Positions 25,693-27,167 of a stretch of 27,167 bases of DNA are shown here, piece after piece; position 1 is the stretch's first letter; each line of letters starts with the position of its first letter. The notes under the pieces were generated by a model. That model saw nothing but the letters and a program-made list of their open reading frames with translations, had not been told where the DNA came from and did not search any database. The stretch spans positions 1 through 27,167 of the forward strand of contig JBFMCP010000012.1 of assembly GCA_040754455.1 (NCBI GenBank), read 5' to 3'. Source of the stretch: Nitrospirota bacterium (GTDB taxonomy: Bacteria > Nitrospirota > Thermodesulfovibrionia > Thermodesulfovibrionales > Dissulfurispiraceae). A program made the translations under genes and the position numbers.

Positions 25693-26778
25693 ATGATGCA
25701 GCTCATTAAAGTAACAGTAGTGATCGGTGCGATCATAGTGACCTCCTTTCTTGCCGCCGATGCTGCGAAGCTCGAACAAGCTGTTTTTGCAGGCGGCTGC
25801 TTTTGGTGCATGGAGCCCCCCTTTGAGAAGCTCGAAGGGGTAAAGGAGGTGATTTCGGGCTATACCGGCGGCCACAAAAAGAATCCCACCTATGAGGAGG
25901 TATCCGCAGGGAAGACAGGCCATGTCGAAGCGGTACGGGTGCTATACGATCCTTCAAAAGTCACGTATGAGAAGCTCCTCGACGTATTCTGGCGCCAGAT
26001 TGATCCCACCGACGACGGTGGACAATTTGTCGATCGGGGACTGCAGTATCGTTCCGCGATTTTCTATTTCACCCCACTCCAGAAAACACTTGCCGAGAAG
26101 TCGAAGAATGCGCTGCAGCGGTCGGGCCGCTTCAAAAAGCCGATTGTCACCGAGATCCTTCCTGCCGGAGTGTTCTATCCTGCGGAGGAATACCATCAGG
26201 ACTATCACAAGAAGCATTCTATCAAGTACAAATTCTACCGGTTCAACTCAGGACGCGACCGATTCCTGAAAAAAGTCTGGGGCTCCGAAAGGGAATTGCA
26301 AGGACCCGGAGCTCCGGTCTCCGGAGAGAGATGGAGGACATTCGTGAAACCGTCAAAGGAAGAGCTGAAAAGAAGACTGATGCCGCTGCAGTACAAGGTG
26401 ACCCAGGAGGAGGGCACCGAACCGGCCTTTAAGAACGAATATTGGGATAACAAACGGGAGGGTATCTATGTCGATATCGTCTCCGGCGAGCCGCTTTTCA
26501 GTTCGCTCGATAAGTACGATTCGGGAACCGGCTGGCCGAGCTTTACGAAGCCGCTTGAGCCCGGGAACATCGTCGAGCGGGAGGACCGTAAGTTTTTCAT
26601 AAAGAGGACCGAAGTGAGGAGCAAACACGGTGATTCGCATCTCGGGCATGTCTTCAAAGACGGGCCGAAGCCCACAGGACTCCGGTACTGCATGAACTCC
26701 GCAGCCCTGCGGTTTATCCCGAAAGAGGATCTCGAGAAAGAGGGCTACGGAGCATACCTGAAGCTCTTCAAGAAGTAG
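25693..26778 (+). CDS. msrAB: bifunctional methionine sulfoxide reductase MsrA/MsrB with signal peptide
   Basis: Msr[21 protein letters not shown]; Msr[34 protein letters not shown]-terminal hydrophobic signal; SD aggaggag. Confidence 0.95.
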   Translation: MMQLIKVTVVIGAIIVTSFLAADAAKLEQAVFAGGCFWCMEPPFEKLEGVKEVISGYTGGHKKNPTYEEVSAGKTGHVEAVRVLYDPSKVTYEKLLDVFWRQIDPTDDGGQFVDRGLQYRSAIFYFTPLQKTLAEKSKNALQRSGRFKKPIVTEILPAGVFYPAEEYHQDYHKKHSIKYKFYRFNSGRDRFLKKVWGSERELQGPGAPVSGERWRTFVKPSKEELKRRLMPLQYKVTQEEGTEPAFKNEYWDNKREGIYVDIVSGEPLFSSLDKYDSGTGWPSFTKPLEPGNIVEREDRKFFIKRTEVRSKHGDSHLGHVFKDGPKPTGLRYCMNSAALRFIPKEDLEKEGYGAYLKLFKK

Positions 26779-26802
26779 ACGCCCGCATTATCCGCGCCAC
26801 TA

Positions 26803-26834
26803 CCTGAGGGGCACGGCTGTTCGTGCCTCTCAGG
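26803..26834. terminator. hairpin between convergent genes (terminator or REP-like)
   Basis: cctgaggggcacg-gctgtt-cgtgcctctcagg, 13-bp stem with one G-U pair. Confidence 0.5.
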
Positions 26835-26872
26835 ACAAAGGCAAATGATTTCTGAATCATGGATGCCTCTTT

Positions 26873-27167
26873 TCATTCGGCCCTGTACACCTTGTCATTA
26901 ACTGTATCGTATGCCGATAACACCCCTGTCATATACGCACCCGTATCGACGCAGATGATCTTCCCCTGGTTGAACGTCGCCACTTCGGATTTCGGCGTAT
27001 GGCCAATGATTAATACTTTTTCGCCCTTATAAGAAAAGCTCCTGTCCCAGAGCAAATCTTCAGGAGTGACGGTAATTAAACTTCGTCCGTACGGAATGCC
27101 GCCGTGTACGAAAATGTGGGTATCGGTTTCGTAAAAGAGTTCCAGTGATTCGATAAAGGGGATGAGA
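26873..27167 (-). CDS. PPP-type Ser/Thr phosphatase-like metallophosphoesterase, C-terminal part (5' end outside the window)
   Basis: Open frame to the window edge: IFVHGGI, LLWDR, IIGHTP, ICVDTGA...GVLSA. Confidence 0.9.
   Translation of the reverse strand, partial: LIPFIESLELFYETDTHIFVHGGIPYGRSLITVTPEDLLWDRSFSYKGEKVLIIGHTPKSEVATFNQGKIICVDTGAYMTGVLSAYDTVNDKVYRAE

Overview
Bacterial chromosomal window. The gene content (sigma54 and sigma28 promoters, c-type-heme diguanylate cyclase, DUF3568, DsrE, multi-Cys Fe-S proteins) suggests an anaerobe of the Nitrospirota or Desulfobacterota type; this is inference only. It opens with the 3' end of an rRNA operon (23S end, 5S, terminator). About 25 mostly monocistronic housekeeping and accessory genes follow: DUF3568 lipoprotein, GNAT, radical SAM protein, DUF3365-GGDEF, methyltransferase, hrpB, zincin, RluE-like pseudouridine synthase, glycine-zipper lipoprotein, rhodanese, GDPD, GGDEF-EAL, Fe-S protein, cupin, TetR plus DsrE, M24 peptidase, PcrA/Rep helicase, PAS histidine kinase, DUF2267, a stand-alone IF2 C-terminal protein, thioredoxin-like protein, MsrAB and a partial metallophosphatase. 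I found no CRISPR array, transposase, integrase or tRNA. Main observations: (1) an intact gene with its own promoter encoding only the C1+C2 (fMet-tRNA-binding) end of IF2, with no GTPase domain; (2) a recurring -10 box 5-8 nt before SD-less ATGs, suggesting leaderless mRNAs; (3) a near-consensus sigma70 promoter in the 23S-5S spacer pointing at the 5S 5' end; (4) two micro-ORFs missed by the ORF track, each behind a sigma54 promoter; (5) several readable regulatory sites (CRP box at -41.5, paired TetR operators, sigma28 promoter) and a structured 3'-UTR/sRNA candidate. All family calls come from motif recognition by eye, not database searches.
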